Source of the DNA: a virus
Direction: 5' to 3' (one strand)
Virus record (IMG/VR): IMGVR_UViG_3300047547_000167
Span: 1-64,000 of that record
DNA length: 64,000 nucleotides
Shown here: one piece after another, positions 1 through 9,157 of the stretch
How positions within the stretch are numbered: position 1 is the stretch's first letter
Layout: every line of letters starts with the position of its first letter
Translations under genes and position numbers: made by a program
Notes under the pieces: generated by a model
The model's input: the letters and a program-made list of their open reading frames with translations, nothing else
What the model was told of the DNA's origin: nothing
Databases searched by the model: none

Positions 1-734
1 TCCAGAGCGGCAACAGCAGCAGCAGCGCCAGCGGCCACGGTGCTGGCGTTGTTGGCGGTTGCCTGGGCAGCAGCAGCGGCAGCAGCAGCGGCAGCAGCGT
101 CGGCTGCAGCAGCGTCGGCTGCAGCCTGGGCGGCGGCGATGGCTGCAGCGCTGGTGCTCAGGCCAGCCAGGGCATCCTGCAGGGCAGTGATGCGAACCGA
201 CTGCTGGGCATCCGACGCTTCCAGGTTGACAGCGCGGTTGGTCAGGTCGGCAATCGCTGCGGTCAGGGCCACGCAGTCGCAGTCGCCGCCCGTGCCGCCA
301 GTGCCTTCGTTTTGAATGGTAACGATCTGCTGGGTCAGAGTGGCAACAGTCGCCTCCAACTCGTCCAAGTCGCTGCGCAGAGCCGTGTCGCCAGCGGTGC
401 GGGCGGCGGTTTCAGCGGTCAGGGCGGTCTGGATGGCGTCGACAACAGCGGTCAGGTCGGCAACAGCGGTGCTGCCTTCCAGCACGTCCAGGCGGCTGTC
501 CAGAGCGGACAGCTGGGCCAGGATGGACTGGGCGGTCAGCTGGTCACCTTCGGTGTTGCTGGCCAGCAAGGCATTCAGCGTGGCGATCTGCGCGCTGATG
601 GCGTTGATGTCAGCGCCCTGCAGGGCGAGGACTTGGTCGAATTTTTCCTGGACCGCTTGACCGATCTCGTCACCGAAGGTGGTGGAGATACAGCTGATCA
701 GGGTATTCAGTTCGTCGTTGTACGTGGTGGACAT
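1..734 (-). CDS. Ala-rich coiled-coil protein, truncated by window edge (possible virion fibre/structural protein)
   Basis: Not in ORF track because there is no stop in the window. ATG at 734 opens MSTTYNDELNTLISCISTTFGDEIG..., an open frame with heptad-like pattern and poly-Ala, at the end of the portal operon. Confidence 0.75.
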   Translation of the reverse strand, partial: MSTTYNDELNTLISCISTTFGDEIGQAVQEKFDQVLALQGADINAISAQIATLNALLASNTEGDQLTAQSILAQLSALDSRLDVLEGSTAVADLTAVVDAIQTALTAETAARTAGDTALRSDLDELEATVATLTQQIVTIQNEGTGGTGGDCDCVALTAAIADLTNRAVNLEASDAQQSVRITALQDALAGLSTSAAAIAAAQAAADAAAADAAAAAAAAAAAQATANNASTVAAGAAAAVAAL

Positions 735-775
735 AAGTGTTTCCAATTAGGGATGGGACAGGGACAAGCCGCCAC

Positions 776-976
776 TCACGCGGGCGGCGTTGCGTTCTCC
801 AGCTGGCTGGGGGAATCGGTGGCGCAGGACTGGCCGTTCAAAACGGCCTGGAGGTCGCTGATGCGCTGCATGTGTGACGCGATCTCGGCTTGCACCAGGC
901 AGTGCAGCAGCTCGCCAATTTGCTCGCCAATCGCCACCGCGAAACAGGACAGTTTCTCATCGAGGATATTGCTCAT
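776..976 (-). CDS. hypothetical protein; N-terminus resembles that of the downstream gene
   Basis: 66 aa in the same operon; KLSCFAVAIGEQIGELL versus LISCISTTFGDEIGQAV. Confidence 0.65.
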   Translation of the reverse strand: MSNILDEKLSCFAVAIGEQIGELLHCLVQAEIASHMQRISDLQAVLNGQSCATDSPSQLENATPPA

Positions 977-1010
977 GTGGGGCCCTTATGGATGCCGAAG
1001 CAGCGGGGAA

Positions 1011-2015
1011 TCACGCCTGCTTCTGAACCGCTCGCGTTATGTTTCCGTCCTTGTCGCGTTCGATCTCGGTGACCACGCGGCGAGGCTCTGGCAATTCTAG
1101 TGTCACGTTCGGAGCGGGAACCACGACCGGCTCAATATTCACGACAGGGGCCGCCACGTTGACCACTGGCGCGGGCACGACCACGGGGTCGATGTTGACG
1201 ACCGGGGCCGCCACATGAACGTCGGGGGCCGCGACGTTGACCACTGGCGCAGGCACCACGACCGGCTCGATGTTGACAATCGGCGCTGGCTGCTGGGGGA
1301 CGTTGACGTGCACCACGGGCGGCTGCGCCTCGGGCACCGTGACGTTGACCACGGGCGCCACTTGCTCCGGCACCTTGACGTCGATGCGCGGGTCAAAGTG
1401 GATGACAGGCTGGGCTTGCGCGAGGGCCTGGATGGCCCCCACAAGCTGCGATTGAAGCTCGGCCAGGCCATCCAGGCGGGCCACGATGGCAGAGGCGTCC
1501 TGGGCACCGCTGGCGGCCACGGACGCGGCAGTCTGGTGCACGGCCACCACCATACCGTCCAGTGACTTCGCCAGGTCGGACAGACCATGCAGGTCCACGC
1601 GCGTCGCGGCGGGCATCAGGCTCACGGCGGGCGCATGAAAAGACTTGGCGAGAGCCGACGGCCGCGCCTTGGGCTTGTCCAGCGCCAGGCGCTCGCCACG
1701 GGCCTCGGGCGGGATGCCGACATACCGGCGGTTGCCGGTGGAGTCCGCCACGATCATGCCGTCGGAGCCTTGCTCCAGAACCCGGTACCGCTGCACGGCC
1801 CGCTTCTTGTGGCCCGCGATGTGCTCCCACTTGACCCTGTGCTGGGCGCCGCCGTGCTCCACGGTGCAGCCGTGCTGGCCGACGCAAATCACCTTGCCGG
1901 AAACGGGGGTGCCTGCCTTGTGGAAATAGACCTCATCACCCGGGAATGCGTGGCACACGGCTGGCGTGGCCGCCTGCTTTTGATTGGGCGTCTTGGGGGC
2001 GTTGAAGCTGGCCAT
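1011..2015 (-). CDS. head-region protein with PVVNV/PVVVPAP repeats
   Basis: Overlaps portal stop; about 9 (A/P)P(V/I)V(N/H)(V/I) repeats; two LAKS motifs. Confidence 0.7.
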   Translation of the reverse strand: MASFNAPKTPNQKQAATPAVCHAFPGDEVYFHKAGTPVSGKVICVGQHGCTVEHGGAQHRVKWEHIAGHKKRAVQRYRVLEQGSDGMIVADSTGNRRYVGIPPEARGERLALDKPKARPSALAKSFHAPAVSLMPAATRVDLHGLSDLAKSLDGMVVAVHQTAASVAASGAQDASAIVARLDGLAELQSQLVGAIQALAQAQPVIHFDPRIDVKVPEQVAPVVNVTVPEAQPPVVHVNVPQQPAPIVNIEPVVVPAPVVNVAAPDVHVAAPVVNIDPVVVPAPVVNVAAPVVNIEPVVVPAPNVTLELPEPRRVVTEIERDKDGNITRAVQKQA

Positions 2016-3724
2016 CAGGGCTCCACGGTGAACACGGGCAGGCCAAACGACTTCTGCATGTCCTGACCATCGTCCTCCTGCCCGGGGTCGGGCTGGCCGC
2101 CGTCATCGAACATGCCGTCTTCAGGCTCGCCGCCCTGCTGGTCGTCGCCATCTTCAGGCGGCTGTCCACCGCCGGGCCCGGGGGCGCCGTAGTCCTCCTG
2201 CTGGGCCTGGTTTTCAGCCTGCCACGCCGACATCAGCGCAGGGTTGAGCGGGGCGTTGCCCCATTCGCCCTTGACCTCTTCCATGCCCTGGGCCTTGCGG
2301 GCTTCGTTGAGCGTGAGGATGGTCTTGTCCTTGTCCCAGCGCATCTGGGGGTCTTCTTCATCGAGGCCAGTCCAGCGGAAGACGTACTTGTCGCCGAACT
2401 CGGACACGATGTAGTCGGAGAACAAATCCTCGAAGTGGGACAGCAGCGGGCGCAGGCCCTTGTCCTTGCTGTTGATCAGCTTCTCTTCGGTGTCGGAGCC
2501 AGACAGCGAAGACGTGCCAGCGGTGAACGACTCGAAGTTGATCTCGTCCGGCGCGATGCCGTAGATCGCGCAAATGATGGACGTGAGGAACGTCATCCAC
2601 TTGGCGAACATGATCTCGTTCACGTCCACACCGAAGTTTTCAAACGCGGCCTTGGACTCCTGATTTTTCGACACCAGCACGGGGAGCGTCCACGCGTTGT
2701 TGATGCCCTTCACCATGGCATTCCAGTACCGCTTGAAGGCGGCCATGTCCTGGTCGCTGTACTCGCCGGTCAGGTGCAGCAAGCCCTTGGGGATAGCATT
2801 CGAATCGAAATACTTGGTGTTGTACGAAAAGGCGTTGAGGAAGCCCGTGACCACGCGCACCAGCAGCTCGGTCTCGGACAGGCCGTAGCCGCCCACCAGG
2901 ACATCGGTGCGGGGATTGCGCGGGACGTAGATCAGGTCGTCGTGGGTGTAGGCGGCCCGGATGTTCCCATCCACCACCTGGAGCGCGAAAATCTCATCCT
3001 CGTCGCGGTAGCCGATCTCGTTGGCGAGCCGGATGGTCGCGCCGTCCACGGCATACATGCCGTCAATCCCCAGCGACTTGTCGCGCTTGTATTCGGTTTC
3101 GATTGGGGCGCTGTCCAGCGTGAGGCTGTCGCGCACCAGCTTGGCCATCAGGTTGGAGAAGTTGTCGCGCTTCAGGCGGGCGCGCTGGCGCGGGTTGCGC
3201 TCCCAGCCGCTGTGCGTGAAGAAGTCCTGCATCAGCGCGATGGATTGCTGCTCGTCGCTGCCAAGTTTTGCGTTGGGGTCTTTCAGGCGCACCTGGAACC
3301 CAGGGCCCTTGCCACCGTCGGGCACGCGGCAAAACCGCTTCACCTGACGGATGCGGGTGAAGATCACGGCCGACAGAATCGGGGTCTGGTCAACCATGCC
3401 GCGCAGCATGTCGAAGCTCATGTTCGACCACCGCTCGCGCCACTCGCCCATGGCGTTGCCATAGGTGTCGTTCACCCACACGGACTGCATGCCCGCCTTG
3501 CCGTCGGCGATGGCTTTGCTCGGAAAAGGTATGACCTTGGCGTGAGACAAAGACTTTGAAAGCTCTTGTTCGGCGTATTGCTCGCGCATGAACTCAACAA
3601 TCGGCATCATGTCCGCAACGGACGAAGGAACAACGCTCGACTGAGCCTGCAGCATCGCATCCGCCCGCTCGTCATTCGGTGCGAATTGGTTGTATGCCGT
3701 TTCGAGGGCTTTCTGTGTTGTCAT
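2015..3724 (-). CDS. phage portal protein
   Basis: 569 aa; motifs VDGATIRL, GYGLSETE, PKGLL, NAWTLPV, TLNEAR; acidic tail; near TerL. Confidence 0.85.
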   Translation of the reverse strand: MTTQKALETAYNQFAPNDERADAMLQAQSSVVPSSVADMMPIVEFMREQYAEQELSKSLSHAKVIPFPSKAIADGKAGMQSVWVNDTYGNAMGEWRERWSNMSFDMLRGMVDQTPILSAVIFTRIRQVKRFCRVPDGGKGPGFQVRLKDPNAKLGSDEQQSIALMQDFFTHSGWERNPRQRARLKRDNFSNLMAKLVRDSLTLDSAPIETEYKRDKSLGIDGMYAVDGATIRLANEIGYRDEDEIFALQVVDGNIRAAYTHDDLIYVPRNPRTDVLVGGYGLSETELLVRVVTGFLNAFSYNTKYFDSNAIPKGLLHLTGEYSDQDMAAFKRYWNAMVKGINNAWTLPVLVSKNQESKAAFENFGVDVNEIMFAKWMTFLTSIICAIYGIAPDEINFESFTAGTSSLSGSDTEEKLINSKDKGLRPLLSHFEDLFSDYIVSEFGDKYVFRWTGLDEEDPQMRWDKDKTILTLNEARKAQGMEEVKGEWGNAPLNPALMSAWQAENQAQQEDYGAPGPGGGQPPEDGDDQQGGEPEDGMFDDGGQPDPGQEDDGQDMQKSFGLPVFTVEP

Positions 3725-3725
3725 T

Positions 3726-4409
3726 TCAAAGTCGCTCGTAGATCGGCATGTCCGGCCAATGCTTGTTGTGTTTTGAGATGTTCTTGAACCGGTCGATTAT
3801 CGCCAGGTTTGTGTGGCACTGAAGCCCCTGAACCAGTGGAATCAAAGGCCCAACAAAGCGAGACTTTGGCTGAAAGTTGCCGTCAAGGCTCTGCGCCTTC
3901 GGGGGAGTGATTGGAACCACGTGATCAACTGCAACTTGCTTGCCCTCGCCGCGCATTTGGATTGCCAGAGCATAAATCGCATCAACCTCCGCGTGGTCAC
4001 ACCATGCCGCCACGGAGCCCATCTTAGATGCTCGCCTTGCAGACTCGTGGGCCGCTACACGCTGACGGTTTTCAGCTTTCCACCTCGACATTCTCTTGGC
4101 TTGGGCCGGCTTGTTTGCGTCGGCGTAAGCCTTCTTTTTGGCCGCAAGCTCATCTGCGTTTTTTTGGCGGTAATCAATCATGTACTCCCGATGCCGACCT
4201 TTGTTTTTCTGATACCGCTCCTTCATTTCAGCCACGAGTTGATCTCGTTTCGCGTAGTGACGAGACAGCATCCTGGCCGCATGGCACTCGCGGCATACCC
4301 AGTGGGTGCCGCGCTCTCGGACATAAAAGGCAGAAAGCGGCAGGATGCGATTGCAGTCGCGGCACGCATGCGTATCGGCAATCACGGTGGAGAGTGCAGT
4401 TTCGGCCAT
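3726..4409 (-). CDS. HNH endonuclease with N-terminal Zn finger
   Basis: CxxC...CxxC, VDHVVP...GLQCHTNL...NISK; lower GC. Confidence 0.75.
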   Translation of the reverse strand: MAETALSTVIADTHACRDCNRILPLSAFYVRERGTHWVCRECHAARMLSRHYAKRDQLVAEMKERYQKNKGRHREYMIDYRQKNADELAAKKKAYADANKPAQAKRMSRWKAENRQRVAAHESARRASKMGSVAAWCDHAEVDAIYALAIQMRGEGKQVAVDHVVPITPPKAQSLDGNFQPKSRFVGPLIPLVQGLQCHTNLAIIDRFKNISKHNKHWPDMPIYERL

Positions 4410-4415
4410 GCTGGA

Positions 4416-4431
4416 AGTGTGCCGTCACGAC
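4416..4431 (-). promoter_or_regulatory. putative late promoter GTCGTGA-CGG-CACACT, 6 nt before ATG
   Basis: Member of a motif family recurring upstream of late genes. Confidence 0.7.
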
Positions 4432-4457
4432 AACAAAAAAGAAGGCGGCGCAATTTG

Positions 4458-4480
4458 CGGCAACATTTTTGCAGTAGAAT
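4458..4480 (+). promoter_or_regulatory. 17-bp operator + TAGAAT -10 (early promoter)
   Basis: CGGCAACATTTTTGCAG-TAGAAT, followed by AAGGAG RBS. Confidence 0.65.
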
Positions 4481-4504
4481 TGAGGCATCAACCAAGGAGC
4501 CAAC

Positions 4505-4624
4505 ATGAACACACGAGAGATGACCCCAAGCGAGCGCCAAGTCGAGAAGCTGAAAGACTACGTGCTTGCCGCCGCGATTTCACTTGGTTTCGTGTGGTTC
4601 CTGGTTGATAGCCTGACCCACTAA
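4505..4624 (+). CDS. 39-aa single-pass membrane peptide
   Basis: AAGGAG RBS; MNTREMTPSERQVEKLKDYVLAAAISLGFVWFLVDSLTH; below ORF-track cutoff. Confidence 0.6.
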   Translation: MNTREMTPSERQVEKLKDYVLAAAISLGFVWFLVDSLTH

Positions 4625-4640
4625 CACACCAAGGAAGATC

Positions 4641-4856
4641 ATGAGCGCAAAACGCATCTATCGCACCGAAGACACCAACGGCGCACGCAAACTCATCAGC
4701 GCCACCACGTCGCACCAGGCCGTGGCCCACCACGCCAAGAGCACGATCACCGTGCGCGTGGCCACCCAGGAAGACCTCATTGCGCTGACCAAGGCCGGCG
4801 TCGAGGTCGAGGAAGCGGGCGCGGCTGCGACCGCAGAAGGCGGGGCAGCGGAATGA
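4641..4856 (+). CDS. hypothetical protein
   Basis: RBS; ATGA-coupled to dUTPase. Confidence 0.7.
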   Translation: MSAKRIYRTEDTNGARKLISATTSHQAVAHHAKSTITVRVATQEDLIALTKAGVEVEEAGAAATAEGGAAE

Positions 4857-5293
4857 CGCCACCCGGCCCACTCAAGGTCCAGAAGCTGCACCCGGACGCC
4901 CGGGTGCCGGAGTACGCCACCGACGGCGCGGCCTGCTTTGACATTGCGAGCATTGAGGAAATGGCGGTCGGGGCGGGCGCGGCTCACACATACAGAACCG
5001 GCTTGGCCTTTGAGGTTCCAGATGGTCACACCATGCTGATTTTCAGCCGCAGCGGCCACGGCTTTAAGCACGGCCTGCGCCTGGCCAATTGCGTCGGCGT
5101 AATTGACGCCGACTATCGCGGCGAGGTGATGGTGAGACTTGCGAACGACGGGCTCACGACGATGAGAATTTGCAGCGGCGACCGCATAGCCCAAGCCATG
5201 ATCCTGCCAGTGCCTCGCGTGCAAATCCAGGAAGCCGACGACCTGACCGAAACAGAGCGCGGCGTCGGCGGCTTCGGGAGCACCGGCAAATGA
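4853..5293 (+). CDS. dut: trimeric dUTPase
   Basis: Motifs AACFD, SRSG, GVIDADYRGE, GDRIAQ, RGVGGFGSTG. Confidence 0.95.
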   Translation: MTPPGPLKVQKLHPDARVPEYATDGAACFDIASIEEMAVGAGAAHTYRTGLAFEVPDGHTMLIFSRSGHGFKHGLRLANCVGVIDADYRGEVMVRLANDGLTTMRICSGDRIAQAMILPVPRVQIQEADDLTETERGVGGFGSTGK

Positions 5294-5751
5294 GAAAACG
5301 CACGCGCCGCAAGGTTTACCCCCTGGTGAACCCCATCGAAATGGCAATCAGTGGCGCAGGTATCGCCACGAACGACCGACTGGACAAACTCCGCGCCCTG
5401 GAGCTGTCCGCCATCGACGCCATTGCGCACGGGTCCGGCACGATGGGCGACCTTGGGACGCTGCGCGACATGCTCAACATCGCAGAGGTGATGGCACTTG
5501 GCGGGGTTGGCCCGGAAGTGCTGGAGCCGTCCCGGCTCGCTCAGCGCGAGCTGGTGGACATGATCGAGCGCCACAACCGAACGGGGCGCATTGGCTCCAC
5601 CGGGGCCGGGCTTGAAGCATTCCGCGAGGCATACCGGTGGCACGACATCCAGCGCACCAGCATCGCGCGCAGCGAGTACGAGCACTTCATCAAGAAAACG
5701 GCCAACGCCATCAAGGGCGGCAAGGCCAAAGCGGTCACGGTGGTCGCTTAA
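5290..5751 (+). CDS. hypothetical phage protein
   Basis: ATGA overlap with dut; MRKRTRRKVYPLVNPI. Confidence 0.7.
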   Translation: MRKRTRRKVYPLVNPIEMAISGAGIATNDRLDKLRALELSAIDAIAHGSGTMGDLGTLRDMLNIAEVMALGGVGPEVLEPSRLAQRELVDMIERHNRTGRIGSTGAGLEAFREAYRWHDIQRTSIARSEYEHFIKKTANAIKGGKAKAVTVVA

Positions 5752-8369
5752 ACCGCAATGAACAACGGGCACCCGGGGTCGGTTTCGCGCACGCGAACAC
5801 CATCCCGCTCGTTGCACCGGCCGTTGTCGAATGAGATGCACCGGCCACACACGTCGCCGGACACCTGCAGCACCTCCTGAATGGCATTGCTCAGCGTCGG
5901 CGTGTAGCGCTCCAGCACCACCTGCACCGATGTCTCCTTGGGCTTTTCAGGCTCCGGCAGGATGAACATATTGGTGCCATACGCGCGGGCCCAGGCTACG
6001 TCAGTCAGCATATTTGCGTAGCTAGAGTGCGGGTCAATCCCCACTTTAACCACCCGGCGCTTGAACTTCTTTTCTTCCTCGTCCTTTTCCGCGATCAGCG
6101 CCGTGCGCGTGAAGTGGAAGAACGCGTACTCCTTGCACACGGGCGACATGCGCCACTTGCCCTTCTCCAGCACCTCCTGCACCAGCCCATCGGGATCAGG
6201 GAACAGGCAGAGCTTTTTCTGGAATCGGCCCATCGACACCTGCATGCACTTGTACTGGTCGAGGGTGACGGTGTAGCGGTCCCGCAATTCCTCGTCCGTC
6301 CTGCGCTCGCTGGTGTCCAGCTTCGGGGCATCGCCCCAGCGCAGCATGTCGCCCTCCATGTTGCCGTACCCAGCCAGGAACACGCGGCCGTCATGGCGGC
6401 GGGCAAACGACTTGGCGTTGTCGTAGTTGGGCAGCGTTTCCACCACGCAGCACTGCACACCGTAGGCCGCCATCAGCTCGTCGCAGCGGTCCCATGGCGA
6501 GGCCTCGGGGTCGTCCTTCGTTGGCGCCCGGAAGATGTACTCCATGTGCACCACGGCCTGGCGACCGTCGGGCAGCCGCTCCTTGATGATGGCCACAATG
6601 AAGGAGCCCATCTGGTCGAGCCCCATGAAGGTGCCGCGACCGTTGCGTCGCCACTGGAGCCCGTACTCCATGCCCACGCGAGCGCACTCGTTGAGCATTT
6701 CCAGGTTCACCGGCACCTGGGACGGGTCGGTGTAGGGCTTGCCCAGCTTCCGGTTAAAAAAGTTCTTCATGTCGTCGGCGTTGTGGTACGCCTCGATGAT
6801 GTCCCGGGGGCTGATTGTGGGCGACAGGAACTGGGGGAAGTGCACCGAGCGAATCTCAGCGTCCGGCGCCTTTGCGATCCACTGGCCGACCTGCGGGTCG
6901 TCAATCCACCCCTGGCACGACACGCACCGGTACCGGTACTCGCCACGGGTGGTGCCACCCTCACGTTGCAGCAGGCGCGGCGCCTCGGCGTCGTAGCCGA
7001 TGCACTGGGGGAAGTTTTCGTCCAACACCTGCAGCGTCGCGCAGTGCGGGCACTCGGTGTGGAACTGGTGCTGGGTGCCCTTCTTGTACCAGAAGTGAAT
7101 GTCGGAATCCGGCCAGTTGGCCGTGGAGCCCATGAGCGTGTACCGCAGCGCCGAGGCGGACATACGCTCGCGGGTTTTCTCCATGTCCGCGATTGCCATC
7201 TCCTGCACCTCGTCAAACGAGACGACATCCATAGGGAAGGATTCGGTCGCGGTCTTGCCGGTGGTCCAGAGGAAGTGAAACCGGGATGAGCCCAGGTTTC
7301 GGATCAAGATGTTGCCCTCGCCCCCACGGCCACCAGAGGCCTGCTTCTCGGTCATCAGGGCGTACACGTCGGGCACGGTCCGCACGATGGGCATGAAGCG
7401 CTCGCTCGACTTGCCGGACGCCAGCATCTGCGAGGGCATGAACATGCCGATCTTGGCCGGCGAGAACCGCATGGCCAGGTAGATCATGGCCAGCATTTCC
7501 ATGACGGTGAAGCCCACCTGCGTGCACTTCATGATCACGTCGGTGCGGTTGAAGGCGTCCTCAATCGTGGCCGGGATGAGGTCGTAAATGAACCGCATGG
7601 CCGGGCGGTCGGACAGCGTGAAGGCGCGGCCGTCCACCTTCAGACCATCGGCCTCCAGCCGCTCGCACCACTGGAGGAACGTCTCGCCGGGTTTGAGCGA
7701 GCGCTGCTCCTGGGTGAACTCGACGGCCACGTCAAAGAACTCGGCGCCGAACCGCTGGCGCTGCTCCAGCTCGGTGGCCAGCGACGCCGCCAGGCGCGCC
7801 TCTTCGGGCAGGTGCGGATTGCAGAAGCTGTCGAACTGCCACACCGACCAGTCGGGGTCGGTCTGGCCGAGGCGGCACAGCCGGTAGAAGTCGTTGCGCT
7901 TGCCGAAGGCCCCGGACAGAAACCAGGCGTCGCCGTTGTAGACCTTCAGCATGGGGCGGAGCACGTCATCCCACAGATTGAGCAGGCCCTCCACCAGCCG
8001 GGCGTCGTCCACCACGATCAGGCCGTACTGCTCGAACAGCTCCTGGGGCTTTTCCAGGCTGTAGAAGTCGATGAATCCGCCGGACACCAGCTCCAGGCGG
8101 CGCGCATTGACGCGGCGTTTGATGAGCGGGTCGATGGACCGCATCACCTGGCGGCGGGCCTCGATCATGGCGTCGTCGGTGGGCGAGAACCAGGCCACGG
8201 GCTTTTTGCTGTTGAACGCGCCCTTGGGGCCCGCCAGCAGCACCTCGATGCCGAGCGTGGTCTTCCCGAACTGCTCCCCGGCGGCCACGGCGTTGAACCG
8301 GCTGGCCCGCGCCAGCGCCTTCTGCTGGGCTGCGTGGGGGGTTGGGAGCGAGATTTTTACTTGGGCCAT
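5748..8369 (-). CDS. terL: terminase large subunit (gpA type) with extra N-terminal degenerate terminase ATPase domain
   Basis: KCTQVGFT, SFDEVQEM, CPHC/CVSC, FFNRKLGKPY, GLDQ in the C-terminal part; PHAAQ...GEQFGKT...VVDDA...NPHL in the N-terminal ~213 aa. Confidence 0.85.
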   Translation of the reverse strand: MAQVKISLPTPHAAQQKALARASRFNAVAAGEQFGKTTLGIEVLLAGPKGAFNSKKPVAWFSPTDDAMIEARRQVMRSIDPLIKRRVNARRLELVSGGFIDFYSLEKPQELFEQYGLIVVDDARLVEGLLNLWDDVLRPMLKVYNGDAWFLSGAFGKRNDFYRLCRLGQTDPDWSVWQFDSFCNPHLPEEARLAASLATELEQRQRFGAEFFDVAVEFTQEQRSLKPGETFLQWCERLEADGLKVDGRAFTLSDRPAMRFIYDLIPATIEDAFNRTDVIMKCTQVGFTVMEMLAMIYLAMRFSPAKIGMFMPSQMLASGKSSERFMPIVRTVPDVYALMTEKQASGGRGGEGNILIRNLGSSRFHFLWTTGKTATESFPMDVVSFDEVQEMAIADMEKTRERMSASALRYTLMGSTANWPDSDIHFWYKKGTQHQFHTECPHCATLQVLDENFPQCIGYDAEAPRLLQREGGTTRGEYRYRCVSCQGWIDDPQVGQWIAKAPDAEIRSVHFPQFLSPTISPRDIIEAYHNADDMKNFFNRKLGKPYTDPSQVPVNLEMLNECARVGMEYGLQWRRNGRGTFMGLDQMGSFIVAIIKERLPDGRQAVVHMEYIFRAPTKDDPEASPWDRCDELMAAYGVQCCVVETLPNYDNAKSFARRHDGRVFLAGYGNMEGDMLRWGDAPKLDTSERRTDEELRDRYTVTLDQYKCMQVSMGRFQKKLCLFPDPDGLVQEVLEKGKWRMSPVCKEYAFFHFTRTALIAEKDEEEKKFKRRVVKVGIDPHSSYANMLTDVAWARAYGTNMFILPEPEKPKETSVQVVLERYTPTLSNAIQEVLQVSGDVCGRCISFDNGRCNERDGVRVRETDPGCPLFIAV

Positions 8370-8380
8370 GTGCCAATGAT

Positions 8381-8401
8381 AAAGCCCGCGCGAGGCGGGC
8401 T
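8381..8401 (-). terminator. intrinsic terminator abutting a TATCAT -10 for terL
   Basis: AGCCCGC-CTCGC-GCGGGCT-TT then TATCAT, 6 nt, ATG. Confidence 0.5.
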
Positions 8402-8422
8402 GTTGCCGGGGGGCGCGGGCTG

Positions 8423-9127
8423 TCAGTCGTTCATGAGGTGGCCCGAGTGGGTTACCCAGGCGCGGCGGTCGCCGGAATCAGATTGGTGCGAATACTCGTA
8501 GGACGCCTCGCCGGTTTTCATGTTCTTGCCGGACTTGCCGGTGAACGAGAACAGCTTGCCGTCGTGGTGCACCATGTGGTCGCCCTTGCCGTTGCTGGGT
8601 GGCTCGAACCCGCCAACGTGATGCGTGGAGCCGTCGTCGTGCTTGGCGGCCAGCTTGTCGCTGTTCTTTGCCAGCAGCGGGTACTTTTCACTGCCCACGT
8701 TGGTCATGCGCGCTGGCGCGGCGGAGCCGGTTTTGGCGGCGGCCTTCTTCGGCAGCGCCAGGCGGGGCTCGGGCTGCTTGTCGCCATCCAGCGGCGCATG
8801 CTTATACCCGTTCTTTTCCATGCGCTGCGAGTCGGCGCCATTGACCACGACGTGGTGCCCGTGTTCAGGGTGCGACATGACGAAGGCCCCACCCTTGGCA
8901 CCGGCAGCCTTCGCGGCAAACGAGTGAGCGGCGGCAGCATTCGAGAACGCAGCCACCCCAGATTTGTACTTTGCCCCGGCGGCGACCGCGTGGGCCACGG
9001 CAGGGTGAACCTGAGCCGCCATCCGCTTGTCATCGTGGGCCTGCACCACGGTGCCATCAGACCGCGTGTACTGGTCCACATGAGACTTCAGCAGGTCAGG
9101 GAAAACGATGATGGTTGGCTTCGACAT
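8423..9127 (-). CDS. basic His/Ala-rich putative internal head protein
   Basis: Own late promoter and GGAG RBS; N-terminal LLKSHVDQYTRSDGTVVQAH motif. Confidence 0.65.
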   Translation of the reverse strand: MSKPTIIVFPDLLKSHVDQYTRSDGTVVQAHDDKRMAAQVHPAVAHAVAAGAKYKSGVAAFSNAAAAHSFAAKAAGAKGGAFVMSHPEHGHHVVVNGADSQRMEKNGYKHAPLDGDKQPEPRLALPKKAAAKTGSAAPARMTNVGSEKYPLLAKNSDKLAAKHDDGSTHHVGGFEPPSNGKGDHMVHHDGKLFSFTGKSGKNMKTGEASYEYSHQSDSGDRRAWVTHSGHLMND

Positions 9128-9157
9128 GGTGGCTCCAGAATTTCCGACAGTATGCGG

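Noticed and set aside
40-315. Poly-Ala plus-strand ORF / GCA repeat
   Set aside because: Antisense reading of the Ala-rich minus-strand gene starting at 734
5154-5160. GTCGTGA match inside dut
   Set aside because: No -10-like hexamer at the fixed spacing; intragenic, probably chance
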